From the NCBI RefSeq assembly GCF_024521635.1, contig NW_026250419.1:806001-869811 (forward strand): a DNA stretch of 63,811 nucleotides, in the 5' to 3' direction. The position numbers and the translations under genes are program-made. Source of the stretch: Tricharina praecox. Taxonomy: Eukaryota. Shown here piece by piece: positions 24,250 to 35,663 of this stretch (the first letter of the stretch is position 1; every line of letters begins with the position of its first letter). The notes below the pieces were generated by a model. The model had not been told where the DNA came from, did not search any database, and worked only from the letters and a program-made list of their open reading frames with translations.

Positions 24250-27078
24250 TCACCCTCCCCCAAGCGGCATACCACCGCCCTGCTCGGGCGCCCCTCCATC
24301 CAGCGGCAATCCAAAATGCGCCTCCCAGCCGAACCAATCAAAGTCCAGCGGGCCCCTCGTAGCAGCCTGCTCCATCCTCATCTGGAACCCCAGCGGCTCC
24401 GCGATGAGCGTTTCTATATCCGTGTTTGTTATGCCGCTGTGGGGCAGCGGCATATCCCCTCCGCCTCCGCCTGCACCTCCGCCGCCAAAGATGTCCGGCG
24501 CATCTGTGGTCTGCGGTGCAGATCCGTAGTTGAGCTTGCTACCGGCGTTGGGGCTGTCGTCCGTGCTCGAGCCGGGCGCAGTCATGGGCGGCGATGGCCA
24601 CCGCAGGAACGACGTCGTCTCAAGATCCACGCCCGGTAGTACTTCCTGTGCCGGTGGTGCCGTGGCGACGGGGGGACAGGCCTTTAGGTAGTGCCGCGAG
24701 TACCTAGGATTCCTGACGCCTGTGGGAGGCAGTGGGTATAATGGCGGGAGGTTGTCTTCGGCTTCCGACGTCCGCCGTGCTTCGTCCTCTTTCCGCGGAC
24801 GTTTTCGCGCCCGGGTAGGGGGTGAGTCGGAGCCCGAGCCCGAGCCGCCCACTTGTCGCCGGTAGTTGTGCAGGAAGGAGATGGCGACGTTCGTGAATGC
24901 CGTGGCTACGCTGCGTAGCCGCGCAGCGCTCTCGTAGTTGCGGTCTTGCATCTCGCGGAAGTAGTCAACCAGCGCTTGCATCAGCGGGAGATCCACCTTG
25001 GTAGATGAGGGTGCGGCGGGGTTGCGGATGATGTTGGAGAATAGCAGGAAGAAGCTGGTGAACGGTTTGCAGTTGAAGAGCCTGTGACACATCTCGGTCA
25101 GTCTCCGTTGACAATTCCGAGTGCATGCGGAAGCCTACATACCATAGCATCAAGCCGGTATTGGCCAGGTCGGGCGCGCTGGCTACCACCTCCATCGTCA
25201 TCTTGATCGCCGCCCGCGCACTCTCCAAAGCCTTCCGCTGACTTTGCGCGTACTCGGCCATCCCCGGTCTCGCAATGCGGTTGATCAGAGTCACGCTCGA
25301 GTAATACCCAAACTTGAGCTGTACGTGCTCGAACAGGTCAATGGTCTTGAACGACCTATCCTTATTCAAGTAGTTCACCGTGTCACTCCAACGCTCCCAC
25401 CACCCATCCACCTCCCTATCGAGCTCTAGGATTGCCACCCCAAGATCATGCTCGCTCTGCATCGCTGCCTGCGCCGAGTACAGCCGGATGTATATCGACG
25501 AGTGAATCCGTGCCAGCTCGATCTCGGCCAGAAAGTTCTTGAAGAATGGATTCCTCCCGTCGTCGACGGGTAACTCAACGTCGCAGTCGAACTCTGGGAG
25601 TGATGCCGAGCGACCAAAGACCAGTGACATCTCCTTGTCGAGGATGTATATGCACCAGAACAGCGCTTTCCTCTCCTCGTCATGAACGCGTGACGCGGAT
25701 TGTTGCGGCTTCCCGCGCCGGTGGAGACCGAGTGCCTGTGCGGATCTGGCGGCTTGCGACAGAAGACTCCAGCAGAGTGCGGGTCGCGAGAGCTCGATGG
25801 AGCAGAGAGACATTGTGAATAGCGCCTGCACGTTTCGTAGTTTCGGCGTCATGGTGACTTCCAGGTCGTCGAGGGCAGACCATGCATTGTAGAAGTGTGT
25901 CTGCTTGCGCTGCGTACTGTACGAATCGATGACCTTGCGCTCGTGTGATGTGGCGTTCATGGACTTCCCGTAGTGGCCGAAGAGGATCACGCTGTTGAAT
26001 AGAACCATCCATGCACCGTCTCTCTGCATCACCTCTGGCTCCGCATACATCCTGTCCAAATCCCTACGGAACGACTCTTCATTGATGATCGGGAACCAGT
26101 GATACATGGAATTAAAAAACTCATCCACCATCTCCAGCGCCTCGGCCTTCCACGGAATATACTGTTTCACCTGCGCCGCTCCCTCGCGGATGAGGTGATG
26201 TCCGTACGATGGAATCGCCGCTGCCAACGTTGCGGACGAATGCGACATATCCTCGAGGCTACTCGCACCATCAGCACCACCACCCGCGGGCGCCATCCCA
26301 TGATCCAGCAGCCTTCGCGGGAGCAGATTCGCCGACTTCAGCTTTTCTTCCGCCAGGCTTTGCGCCTCGGTCGTGAGCGACAGAATCGACGAAGACCCAA
26401 GGTACTGCGGCGTGCCTAGCGCATCCTTCACAAACTGCTTTCCGGAATTGTCGTTGCCGTCGGCGGTGTTCAGAAACGGCGCGGTAATCGAACTCGCCAC
26501 CAGCGACGTGGCAAAACTCGGATTGTGCAATCGCGCACGCGGTCGTCTATCGATCTCCTCCGCCGCCGCCGCCGCCGTCGACTTCTCTCCACATGTACAC
26601 TGCCCCACCCTCCCTCCTCCCCCGCCTCCTCCCCCTCCCCCTCGCATTTGCGATTGCACCAGCCTCGTCAGATTGCCGATAGCATTCTCGATCCTATCCA
26701 GACGACCATTCACCTCCTCGAAGCGGTGTACATTCCTTGAGACCTCCGGCGCGCGCTTCTGCGGTTCGGTGTAGGAGCAGTCTGTTCGCGACGCGCGGCA
26801 GTGCTGGCACGTTGGGCGCTCGCGGGAGCAGCGGATTTTCTTTTCGCGGCAGTGGTCGCACGCGGGGTTTTTCTGGCTCTGGCTCTGCGACTGGTATAAC
26901 GGATTGTTGTGGTTGTGGTTGTGCGGGTGTTTACCGGTCGTGGTCTGGCTTGAGGGTCAAGAGCACTCTTCGTCAGCACACCGGCGACCGCTGTGTAAGG
27001 GGAGAAGTAATTACTCACACCTGCGGCTTCCGAGGGCGACTCCCGGTCGTAGGTCGAGTCGTTTTCGGGTTGCGACAT
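24250..27078 (-). CDS. Zn(II)2Cys6 transcription factor with fungal-specific TF (Fungal_trans) domain, about 897 aa
   Basis: Exons 27078-27019, 26944-25143 and 25081-24250 total 2694 nt. Binuclear cluster CDHCREKKIRCSRERPTCQHCRASRTDC. Middle homology region AARSAQALGLHR...EERKALFWCIYILDKEMSLVFGR. The exon 1 acceptor choice is less certain. Confidence 0.92.
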
Positions 27079-29078
27079 TGATTTCCTCTCGGTCTAAGAA
27101 TTTCTCCGTGTTGCAGTCGTATGTAGGTAACCGTGAGAGTTGTGGAGACTCGAGAGAGAGGGACCTATCTAGAGTACGCGGTCATCCTGCCGCGCACTGT
27201 AGTTAGAGTACCTATCCGACTTGGGATCGGAGGTTCCTGGTTCGTCGGTGCAAGGATGCGCAACACGGCAGACAGTGCGCGTCTTTGCTGACCTAGTCGG
27301 CGCGACGGACAGCCGGGAAGAATCATGCCGACGGACTGCCTCTCTCCGCACGGACAGCTCGTTGAAACCCCTGTCTGAGGATTGGAAATTTAACATGACA
27401 TCCTACATAAATGAGATCTCTTCAACGCATTGTGGAACTCCTATTCTTCGTTGTCGTCCTCATTTTCATTATTCTTTGAGGCCAGTGATGTCTTTGTATG
27501 AAGCGTTCAAGCCGCTGTAGGTAGTAAATGTCACCATGCAATTCGATGTACGTGAGGGAGAGCGGCCACTCGATGTCAAACCGCTTGATATAGTGATAGC
27601 AGGGGCAGCTACCCACGTTTAGCTATGCTAAGTACGCACTACGCGATGGCTTGAAACGAGCGGAAAATCCCCGGAGAACGAGTGCGAAACTGTGGTGCTG
27701 AAAATGCTTCACCGGATCGCACACATTCCTCGATATAGTACTTTGATACACGTTCGTCTGGTATCTGTCCCACTGTACTGTACCTATTATACTTACCTGG
27801 ACCCAACCGAAGCAACCGCAGATCTTCACAAAATCTAAAAGAGGTGAGTGACTGCTTGTGCAGCCGGGTTTTTCTTTGGTCCAGTTCAGTTCTCTTTCGG
27901 CATTTTATCGTCCACGATAGGTAGCCGGCACAGCGAATCCCATCTCCCCAGTGATTGATTTACTCTATATGCACCCTCTTCAGAAATAAAGCTGATCGTT
28001 TCCTTAATCTGCCGGTTCCTACATGCCCCTCTTAGTGAGGAATCGCGTCTCCAACCATTTCATCGAAAATCACTCGCTGCCCGCGATATCGTAGCTGCAA
28101 TGACTGCCAATCTCGAGGGCGGGAGGAGACCCGGGGTGACCACCTCGAACTATTTGCCTAGGTAGACGGTGGATAGCAAGGGGGAAAAATGTACGCCGCC
28201 ATAGTGAATGCGACTACGCTCAAACCAAAAAATAACAAAGGAGTCGATCTCGTGGATGAGGCATCGGCGAACATGACATGGCTAGTGCTGATCTATGGGG
28301 CTGAGTTTGTGGCAGACAGCACTACCTATGCTTGCTTGCTATCGACTCGCTGTTCCAAAAACCCTAGGTATGCTACATATCTCTGTCATGGCTCACACAA
28401 ACATACTCGGTGTAAGTTGTTGCTCCGTCATGCTCCCTCTGAGGAACCGGCTTTCTTCGCTACCTACTTTCTGAACAGGCTGCCCACGAGGATGAGGATA
28501 CGCCTGGAAGAAGTACACAACAGCATAGTTAGAGACTAGGATCCCCTATTTCCAGTTATCGATTCCCGGGACATGTCCCGATGTGAATGATGTGCACAAG
28601 CAATCACTCGCAGTTTGCGCTGCACGGTTCCGGAAGGTTGGCCGTGGACGTGGGTGTGGACTCTTTTAACTTTGACAGACAGACCAGACTAGGCACTGAG
28701 GAGTCCTTGTGGTCTTGACTCTCAGGGAACGAACTTCGTGTATATACTTGAAACTATCATGGCCGGGCTTGGGCGGATACTATCACAGGATGATAAAACA
28801 AGAACTTTCCACAGTGGAGTGGAGCGAGGGGCATCTGCTGTGTTGGAAATAAATTATGGTAAGTGATCTTTGAACTTTCTAACGGGAGCTTCTCCACGTT
28901 CTCAACTGCTGCGTTGGAATGCAGAACGAAAAATGCGCCAGTTTTCAGCAGCACGTCTCGTCGTCTCCAGCTGAATCGTCGCCTGTTGCCTATGTTGATA
29001 GAGCTGCGAAAGCTGGAAGAATTCATTGATAATCCCGAGTTGGCTCTGGTTTGAGAAGTCTGCATATCATCTTGATAT

Positions 29079-29670
29079 CTAGCACCCCTCTCCACCCTTC
29101 GCCCAAACCTCGGCCTCATACCCCTCAACGAGCTGCACATACTCCTCACCAGCCCCAACCCATCCTTTGATCCCGCCCTCAAGTGCAACGCTCTTGATCG
29201 TCTCGTCACCCTTCTCATTGATGTAATCCTGCAGCCATGCTGAAGCACGGGGGCCACGGCCGTTGGAGGAGCCTTTTCAGCCGTGTTAGTGCGTGTACCT
29301 AGGACAACATGAGGGAGGTGAGGGGAGGAAACATACCACAGTAGAAGATGGCGAGAGACACTCCGGCGCCGTGGAGGAGGTTGTAGATGGCCTCGCGGGT
29401 CGGATAGAGGGAGTGGGCGGGAAGGTTGATGGAGTGTTTAATTGTGCCACCCTGAGAATATCATCGTCAATAACTGCGGAAGAGTAGTAGGCAGAAGGCT
29501 GGAGTTACCTCGAAGTCGGTACGGCGCACGTCAACGAGGATGAAATCTTTCCCCGCAGTCTTCGCCTCAAAGAGCTTGCGGGTCTCTTCTCGGGTGACGA
29601 AGGTGGCCTTCGACACCGGCGCCGGAAAGGCGGCGTGCCAAGGCGCTGGCTTCTGCTCTGTGGTTGCCAT
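29079..29670 (-). CDS. acr2: Rhodanese/Cdc25-like arsenate reductase (Acr2/Arc2-type), 156 aa, 3 exons
   Basis: Exons 29670-29509, 29451-29337 and 29272-29079 total 471 nt. Translation PWHAAFPAP...DFILVDVRRTDFE|GGTIKHSINLPAHSLYPT...IFYC|GSSNGRGPRASAWLQDY...LEGGIKGW contains the CX5R active-site loop. Divergent from ACR3. Confidence 0.88.
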
Positions 29671-30070
29671 GTTTCGGAAGTGAATCTGGAGAGTGATGGG
29701 TATTTTTGGGGAAAGAGCTGGGGATCTGAAGCTTCTGGGAGGAACTCGAGCTTTATACAAACTACGGAGAGGTGGAAATAACATTGGTGAATCTGAGCAG
29801 AGTATCCCGCCATTTGTTTGCTGGGCAGTGGGGTGGAGTAGGGTTGAGGCTGTCGGATCCCTGCATATGCGAGAATTTGCCGGTGGCCAATCAGAGTTGG
29901 CCAGCGACAACACTCGCGCACATAGCTGGCTGCCATAAAAAAGGGCCATGGGGCCGAGTATCAGAATACCCATCAACCAGCGCCTGTATTCGCAACTTTC
30001 TTATCCCATTGCCACTCCAGCAACATTGGTTTTCCCGTATTGATTCTTATCTTCCCGGAAGCAGCGAAAG
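29671..30070. promoter_or_regulatory. 400-bp bidirectional promoter shared by acr2 and acr3
   Basis: Head-to-head ATGs. TATA-like TATAAA on the minus strand at about 29752-29757 and CATAAAAA on the plus strand at about 29934-29941. Central inverted repeat TGGCCAA-N6-TTGGCCA at 29884-29903 includes CCAAT. Confidence 0.7.
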
Positions 30071-31343
30071 ATGGATCGCCCCAGCGACGATGAAAAGAAC
30101 CTCGAGAATGGGAACTGCGTGACTGGATGTTTGTTGCCTTTCTTCGTTGTTTACTTCTCATCATCTTGATATTGACTATAAACAAACACGCAGGTGATTC
30201 CGCTCCCGCGGCATCGTCGTTCAAGCAGCTGTCATTCCTCGACCGCTTCCTGGCCATATGGATTTTTCTTGCCATGGCCATCGGCATCATCCTCGGTTAC
30301 TTCGTCCCTGAAACTAGTCCCGCGCTGCAGCGCGGAAAGTTCGTCGATGTCTCCATCCCTATCGGTACGTAGCTTCACATTGAATTGAGCCTCCATTTAC
30401 TCGGCTAACATGCATCACAGCCGTCGGTCTTTTGATCATGATGTACCCCATCCTCGTCAAAGTGCGCTACGAGATGCTTCCCAGGCTCCTTCGCCTCCGC
30501 GAGCTCTGGATCCAAATCTTCTTCTCGGTGATCGCCAACTGGGTGATAGCGCCGCTCTTCATGCTCGCGCTCTCCTGGGCCTTCCTCCCGGACCGCCCCG
30601 AGCTCCGCGAGGGTCTCATCCTCGTCGGTGTAGCCCGATGCATCGCCATGGTGCTGATCTGGACCGACCTCGCCGGCGGCGACGGCGAATACTGTGCCAT
30701 GCTTGTGGCGTTCAACAGCATGCTCCAGATCGTCCTCTTCGCTCCGCTCGCGGTCTTTTACATCCGTGTTGTTTCCCGCTCTTCTTCATCCGTCGACATC
30801 AGCTACGAAGTCGTTGCCAAGTCGGTCGCCGTGTTCCTCGGGATCCCCTTGGCTGCCGCCGTCGTCACCCGCTTCGTCGTGCTGTTCGGAATCTTCAAGG
30901 GCGACATCGACCGCTGGAACAAGAACTTTGTCCGCTGGATCGCGCCCTGGTCGCTCATCGGACTGCTGTTCACGATTCTCGTTCTGTTTGCCAGTCAGTC
31001 CCGCAACGTCGTGGGCAAGATCACCTCCGTCCTCCGGGTTTGCGCGCCGTTGGTCGTCTACTTCCTCATGATCTTTGCGGCCTCCGTCTGGGCATGTAGG
31101 TTGCTCGGTCATGGAGGGAAGCGCGCCCGCTGGGGTTACGAAAAGACCGCCACTCAGAGTTTGACCGCTGCGAGTAACAACTTTGAGCTTGCCATTGCTG
31201 TTGCCGTGGCGTGCTATGGTGCTGGGAGCGAGCAGGCCCTCGCTGCAACCGTTGGTCCGCTGGTTGAGGTGCCGGTGCTGTTGGCTCTTGTCGAGGCCCT
31301 GAAGTGGTTGAAGCCAAGGATGAAGTGGGAGGATGACGAGTAG
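30071..31343 (+). CDS. acr3: Arsenite efflux transporter Acr3 (BART superfamily), 383 aa
   Basis: Exons 30071-30128, 30194-30364 and 30421-31343 total 1152 nt. Signatures LSFLDRFLAIWIFLAM, GLLIMMYPIL, GVARCIAMVLIW, ASNNFELAIAVA and VGPLVEVPVL. The exon 1 donor (GTTTGT) was chosen by phase. Confidence 0.95.
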
Positions 31344-31442
31344 GTGTATCATGGAAACGTAGGATGATAGAGGTGATTTATGGATGGATGGATGTGGTCT
31401 CAATAATATTGCTTTTTGTTTCTTGGGGCTTGTGTGTATATA

Positions 31443-32999
31443 CCATATCGAGCTGTGTACTAAAGTCAAAAGCATTATGGCAGCTATACATGGGGGCGAT
31501 TTTGGCACTACACTCTTGACGAAAAAATACTAATATTAGTATTTTTTCCCCAAAAGTCTTGTCGTAAAATAAGGCTTAGTCAGGGTTTTCAAATTCTAGC
31601 TCTGATTGTTGAATATGGCTTCCTCAATACTGAGTCCAGTGAAAATTAGTCCCGACTCATAAGCCTTCTGCAACGCCTACTGGCCGGCCCGCCTTAGAAG
31701 CTCATAAGGGCTCCATATGGGCTCTGTAGGGAATTTTGAAAGATAAGGATTAGTCAGGCTTATACGCTCATAAGTATTCCCTAATGACTTCTTTTACAAC
31801 AAGCCTCACCTCTTGCAATGCTTATCAATTATCGATGCTCTTAATTTGACGATGACTATCACTTGTTCCGTACCCTTATATACCTAAACTACTCTTCTTC
31901 CCCGCTCCCTAGTCTCCCACTCACAACACTGTGTCCCCTACTGCTCCTCGCCGTGGATACAGCCCTGCCTGCGCAGCAAAGTAGTAGCACTGAGTCCTGC
32001 TGAATTACTGCTTCTCGCCGTGGATACCGCGCTGGTAGCGACAGGAGGAAGAGGAGAAAGTGATGGAAGAGTGCGACGGTAACCGTAAGAGATAGCAGCT
32101 ATTAGCAAGAGAATCTATCCGGGAAAAGAGGAACAGCGGCGAAAGAAGGAGCTATATGAGAGATGAGATATCAGCGGGGAGTAGCAGTAGCAGTTGCGGT
32201 GAGAGGGGGAAGTGGAGGAAGTGATGCAGGAGCTGTGGGCGAGATGAGGAGGTGTTAGAAAGATGAGGAGGAGTTGTTGGCGAGAGGATAAGCCGTGGGC
32301 TCGGGGGTTTTAAACTTCAAAATAAGCTTCATCATATCTGTCTTCAGAAAACTCTGCGCCTAACAATATGTTAGGACATCTGGCGGGTTTGATGCTGTCC
32401 GAGCTGCCTCTCTCTCTCACCCTCACCTACAGAATACCTAGACGGCCAACCTCCCATCTCCGCTCTCTCCGCTCTCTCCGCTCTCTCCTCTCGACCTGCC
32501 GCCGCTGCCGATGTCAAGCAGGCTGATTTTCGCATATGCACTACTAACTCATAAGAGTGATAGAACCCATGGTTTTGAACGAGGCTCATTGAAGGCGTGT
32601 ATAACGCATGTGAAGAGATTGAGCGTGTAGTGTTCTAAGGATTTTTTGTCTCAAACTGATATATCCCATAATGCTTCACAAAACCTGCCAAGTTCACAAT
32701 CATTATTGTACGGCAGTGCTGGGCATTTCAACAATGAAGATATAGGCCTGACGGAAGCGATAAGGCTCACAGAGTGAGAAGGCCGATGTATACGATGGTG
32801 GTTTTCGCTGCATAGGCATTACATCGGAGTTACGACAATTTGAGGCAAAAGAGAATATCAGCCTTATTTTGACAAAGCCCTTACGGAGGCCTCACGAGTT
32901 CAACACGCTTATAGCTAGATTATACGAGGACTGTTTTATTTCGTAGGCCTATTCAAGCCCTACATAAGGCTAAAGACATTAGTACACGGCTCGATATGG
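31443..32999. mobile_element. Degenerate Tc1/mariner-type DNA transposon (non-autonomous relic), 1557 bp
   Basis: 25-bp TIRs CCATATCGAGCTGTGTACTAAAGTC (31443-31467) and GACATTAGTACACGGCTCGATATGG (32975-32999) have 2 mismatches, and each is flanked by TA. Stop-interrupted remnant RLIEGVYNACEEIERVVF*GFF...YIP*CF at about 32582-32690 resembles a Tc1/IS630 transposase C-terminus. Confidence 0.75.
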
Positions 33000-33830
33000 T
33001 AGATACCGGTAGATAAAGCAAAAGAGACGGATTAATAGAGTTTCCGACTTAAAGATTGGGCCCACTGCGCTTGCTGAGCATCGAGTGAACCCGACGTTTC
33101 CCACAGTGTGCTGCCTGCTACCAGGGAGTAGGTGAACGCGCGTTGATACTTTAAGAATGAGGTCGTTGGGAGGGAAAGGTTTTTGGTGAATATGTAGGTA
33201 ATTTGCTGCCATATGTACCAAGGGAGATGAAATGAAGAAGAAGAAGAAGAAGATAAATACCATCCCCGCCCCCGTGTCGCCTGGTCTATCATACCAACCC
33301 CACCCCCCGAATCCCTGCCTAGGCCGCACGACGTCTCCGGCTCGTCCATGACCCTATCTCTGTGTCTTCGTTCCTGGCATCCGCTTCTCGCCCCGGGCAC
33401 CGGAGACTTCCTTCGCGGTTGTGTGTGTGTCAGCACTTAAACATGCTAGATAGGCGAGTGCCGTACTTAAACCCCAACCTGAGTCTTGGAGTGCAAGGAT
33501 CAATCATCAACATCAAATACACGAAATTCAAGCGAGCCGACATATACAGACGGAGGTTTAAAGATGGCCGGGTGTGTGCTCACTGCTCAGTTGCCGTTCT
33601 CAAAGCCATTTCTTGAGCGAGTCGGCTGTGCCTTTCTGCGGTACCAGACACTCTCAAGTGAACATACTCTGTCACTCGAGAGGAGAAACGGGGGGAGAAT
33701 TGTGCAAGCACACGTTGGCAGTGACAGTGTGCAGATACTTGGGGACTATGGTAATAAACTTGGAAGGCAACCCCTCCCCTGAAAAGAACGGCCCGTTATG
33801 AGATATTGATTGAAGTTGGACATCAGATCT

Positions 33831-34045
33831 TTATTCGTAAACACTCACAATGCAGTATCCCTCCGCCTCCGCCTAAACCAAGAGTGTGGTCACCCGTAGA
33901 TATTGCTCCTTATTTATACGGACCACCCGTTCATGTCGTTATCCGTAAACACTCACAATCCAGTATTCCATCCGCCTCCGCCTAAATCACGAGTTTAGCA
34001 ACCCGTAGATATTGATTCTTAGTCATACCGACCACCCCCTCCATG
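33831..34045. repeat. Diverged ~108-bp tandem duplication of the 3' end of the F-box/ankyrin gene
   Basis: 33831-33935 and 33939-34045 share CGTAAACACTCACAAT, TCCGCCTCCGCCTAAA, ACCCGTAGATATTG and GACCACCC. Confidence 0.8.
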
Positions 34046-34710
34046 AGGAGAGCCAAGGCATCGGGTTCAGACCCATTATACCCGCGGGCGCCGTTCTCAA
34101 CCAACAATTTAATCACCTCGAAACGACCACAGTGCGGATCATAAATATAGCTGTTGACGGCGGCACACAGCGGCGCATACCCCCATACGTAGCCGGTGTC
34201 CAGCACTTCATTGACTTTTGCGCCGTAACTCAGCAGGACCTTGCAGCAGGCGAGACTGCCGGCGGGCGTGGATTCCAAGGAATTCCACGAGTAGGCGGCG
34301 ACCGAGAGGGGCGTGTAGTGCGGCGTCGAATTCACATCGGCGCCACGGCTGAGGAGCAGCTCGATGATACTGCTGCGGCCATAGGCTATGGCGTAGATCA
34401 GGAGTGTGTCCCTCTCGGGTAACCCCCTGGAGGTGTTCACTGGGAGTCCGGCGTCGAGGCAGTGACGGAGGAGGCCGAGGATGTTGTTGAAAATGGCGAA
34501 CCGCCATGGGGCACACCGGTGACGGGTTTCGCGGAACGAGCTGTCGGCGGCAACCGCTAACTTGTAGAGCTTTGGCCGCAGGTAGCAGGCCAGGGTGCGG
34601 CTGGTGGAGGCCAAGGCGGCGCGGGATTGGTGGGTGGGCAGGTGCTTGAAGATCTCGAGGAAGATCTCGGGCGGAAGGTAGGGGACCACAGAGTGAACCT
34701 TGCTCGACAT
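33982..34710 (-). CDS. F-box plus ankyrin-repeat protein, 242 aa
   Basis: N-terminal F-box-like YLPPEIFLEIFKHL...AALASTSRTL...LY. Ankyrin repeats TLLIYAIAYGRSSIIELLLSRGADVN, TPLSVAA...CCKVLLSYGAKVN and APLCAAV...VIKLLVENGA. Confidence 0.85.
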   Translation of the reverse strand: MSSKVHSVVPYLPPEIFLEIFKHLPTHQSRAALASTSRTLACYLRPKLYKLAVAADSSFRETRHRCAPWRFAIFNNILGLLRHCLDAGLPVNTSRGLPERDTLLIYAIAYGRSSIIELLLSRGADVNSTPHYTPLSVAAYSWNSLESTPAGSLACCKVLLSYGAKVNEVLDTGYVWGYAPLCAAVNSYIYDPHCGRFEVIKLLVENGARGYNGSEPDALALLMEGVVGMTKNQYLRVAKLVI

Positions 34711-35027
34711 GACGGCGGTGGGGACGAAGCGACTTCAATTTGATTGTGAGGGCGGATAGTAAGTGACGAGTTCAAATGGGGGGGGGGGGGGGTGCAGAGA
34801 TTGGATTACCTTTAAAATTGCGCAGGCAATTTAGATAGAAGCGTGCAGCGTTGGAGGTAGAGAAAGAAGTGAATTCGAGGAGTTCGTGCAGCGCAGGTTA
34901 TAAAGAAGAAGAAGGGCCCGTTTGGATGGCCTCAGTTTTCAGTTTCCGGTTTTAGAGCCAAATTCAGTTCCCCACCAGGACACCGAATTGTTCAATTTCA
35001 GTTTCCGGAAAACCTTGAGGTGAACTG

Positions 35028-35663
35028 AGTAGTCTATAATGCCATAGTTTTTAAAAAAAAAAGTCTAGAATGCCATAGTTTTGTTTGACGTTTCAACCAC
35101 CACTTAAACCAACCACCACTCAAACCCCCCAACACTCAAATCCGCCACCACGTAAACTCACTGCCGCAAGCGGTAGAGAAGCTGTCGGCGAGAGGAGGGA
35201 GCCAAAGGACTTGTCGGTGGGAGGAAGCGGATGTGATTAGTACTTAGTGAGCATCAACGTTGGCGGGGCCAGCGATTCGCCTGCCCTCTCCGCCGTCTGC
35301 TTCTTCTTCTTCTTCTTCTTTCTCTCTCATCGTCTACAGAATAGTCAATAAACATCTACATCCTCTCTCCCCTTGCGTGTTCTCCTTCTGTCGACCCGCT
35401 TCTCGGCCAGGAGAGGCATTGGCAAGTAGACGGGTGTTTTAGTGGTGGTGGTTTTGCGAGGGCTCTTTGCCAACTCCAGGCCGACAGGAGTCCTCTTTAA
35501 CTTTCTCCTCTCGCCGACAGCTTCTCCACCGCTCGCGGCAGTGGGTTTACGTGGTGGGTGGTGGTGGGTTTGAGCGGTGGTTGGTTTAAGTGGTGGTGGA
35601 AACGTCGAACAAAACTATGGAATTTTAGACTTTTTTTTCAAAACTATGGCATCATAGACTACT
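35028..35663. mobile_element. Non-autonomous foldback/MITE-like element with ~185-bp terminal inverted repeats (Mutator-like?)
   Basis: 35028-35217 is a diverged reverse complement of 35481-35663 (AGTAGTCTATAATGCCATAGTTTT ... AAAACTATGGCATCATAGACTACT). Each arm has an internal duplicated AGTCTANAATGCCATAGTTTT motif. No coding capacity and no clear TSD. Confidence 0.8.

Noticed and set aside
27789..27950. U1 snRNA candidate (begins ATACTTACCTGG)
   Set aside because: There is no U1-70K loop (GATCACGAAG-like), U1A loop (ATTGCAC) or properly placed Sm site. It is better explained as a minus-strand splice donor.
31506..32632. CACTA element (CACTACAC...GTGTAGTG)
   Set aside because: The match is only 8 bp with no 3-bp TSD, and it lies inside the better-supported TA-flanked element.
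34914..34928. PIF/Harbinger (Tourist)-like terminus GGGCCCGTTTGGATG
   Set aside because: No matching opposite TIR and no TAA/TTA target site was found.
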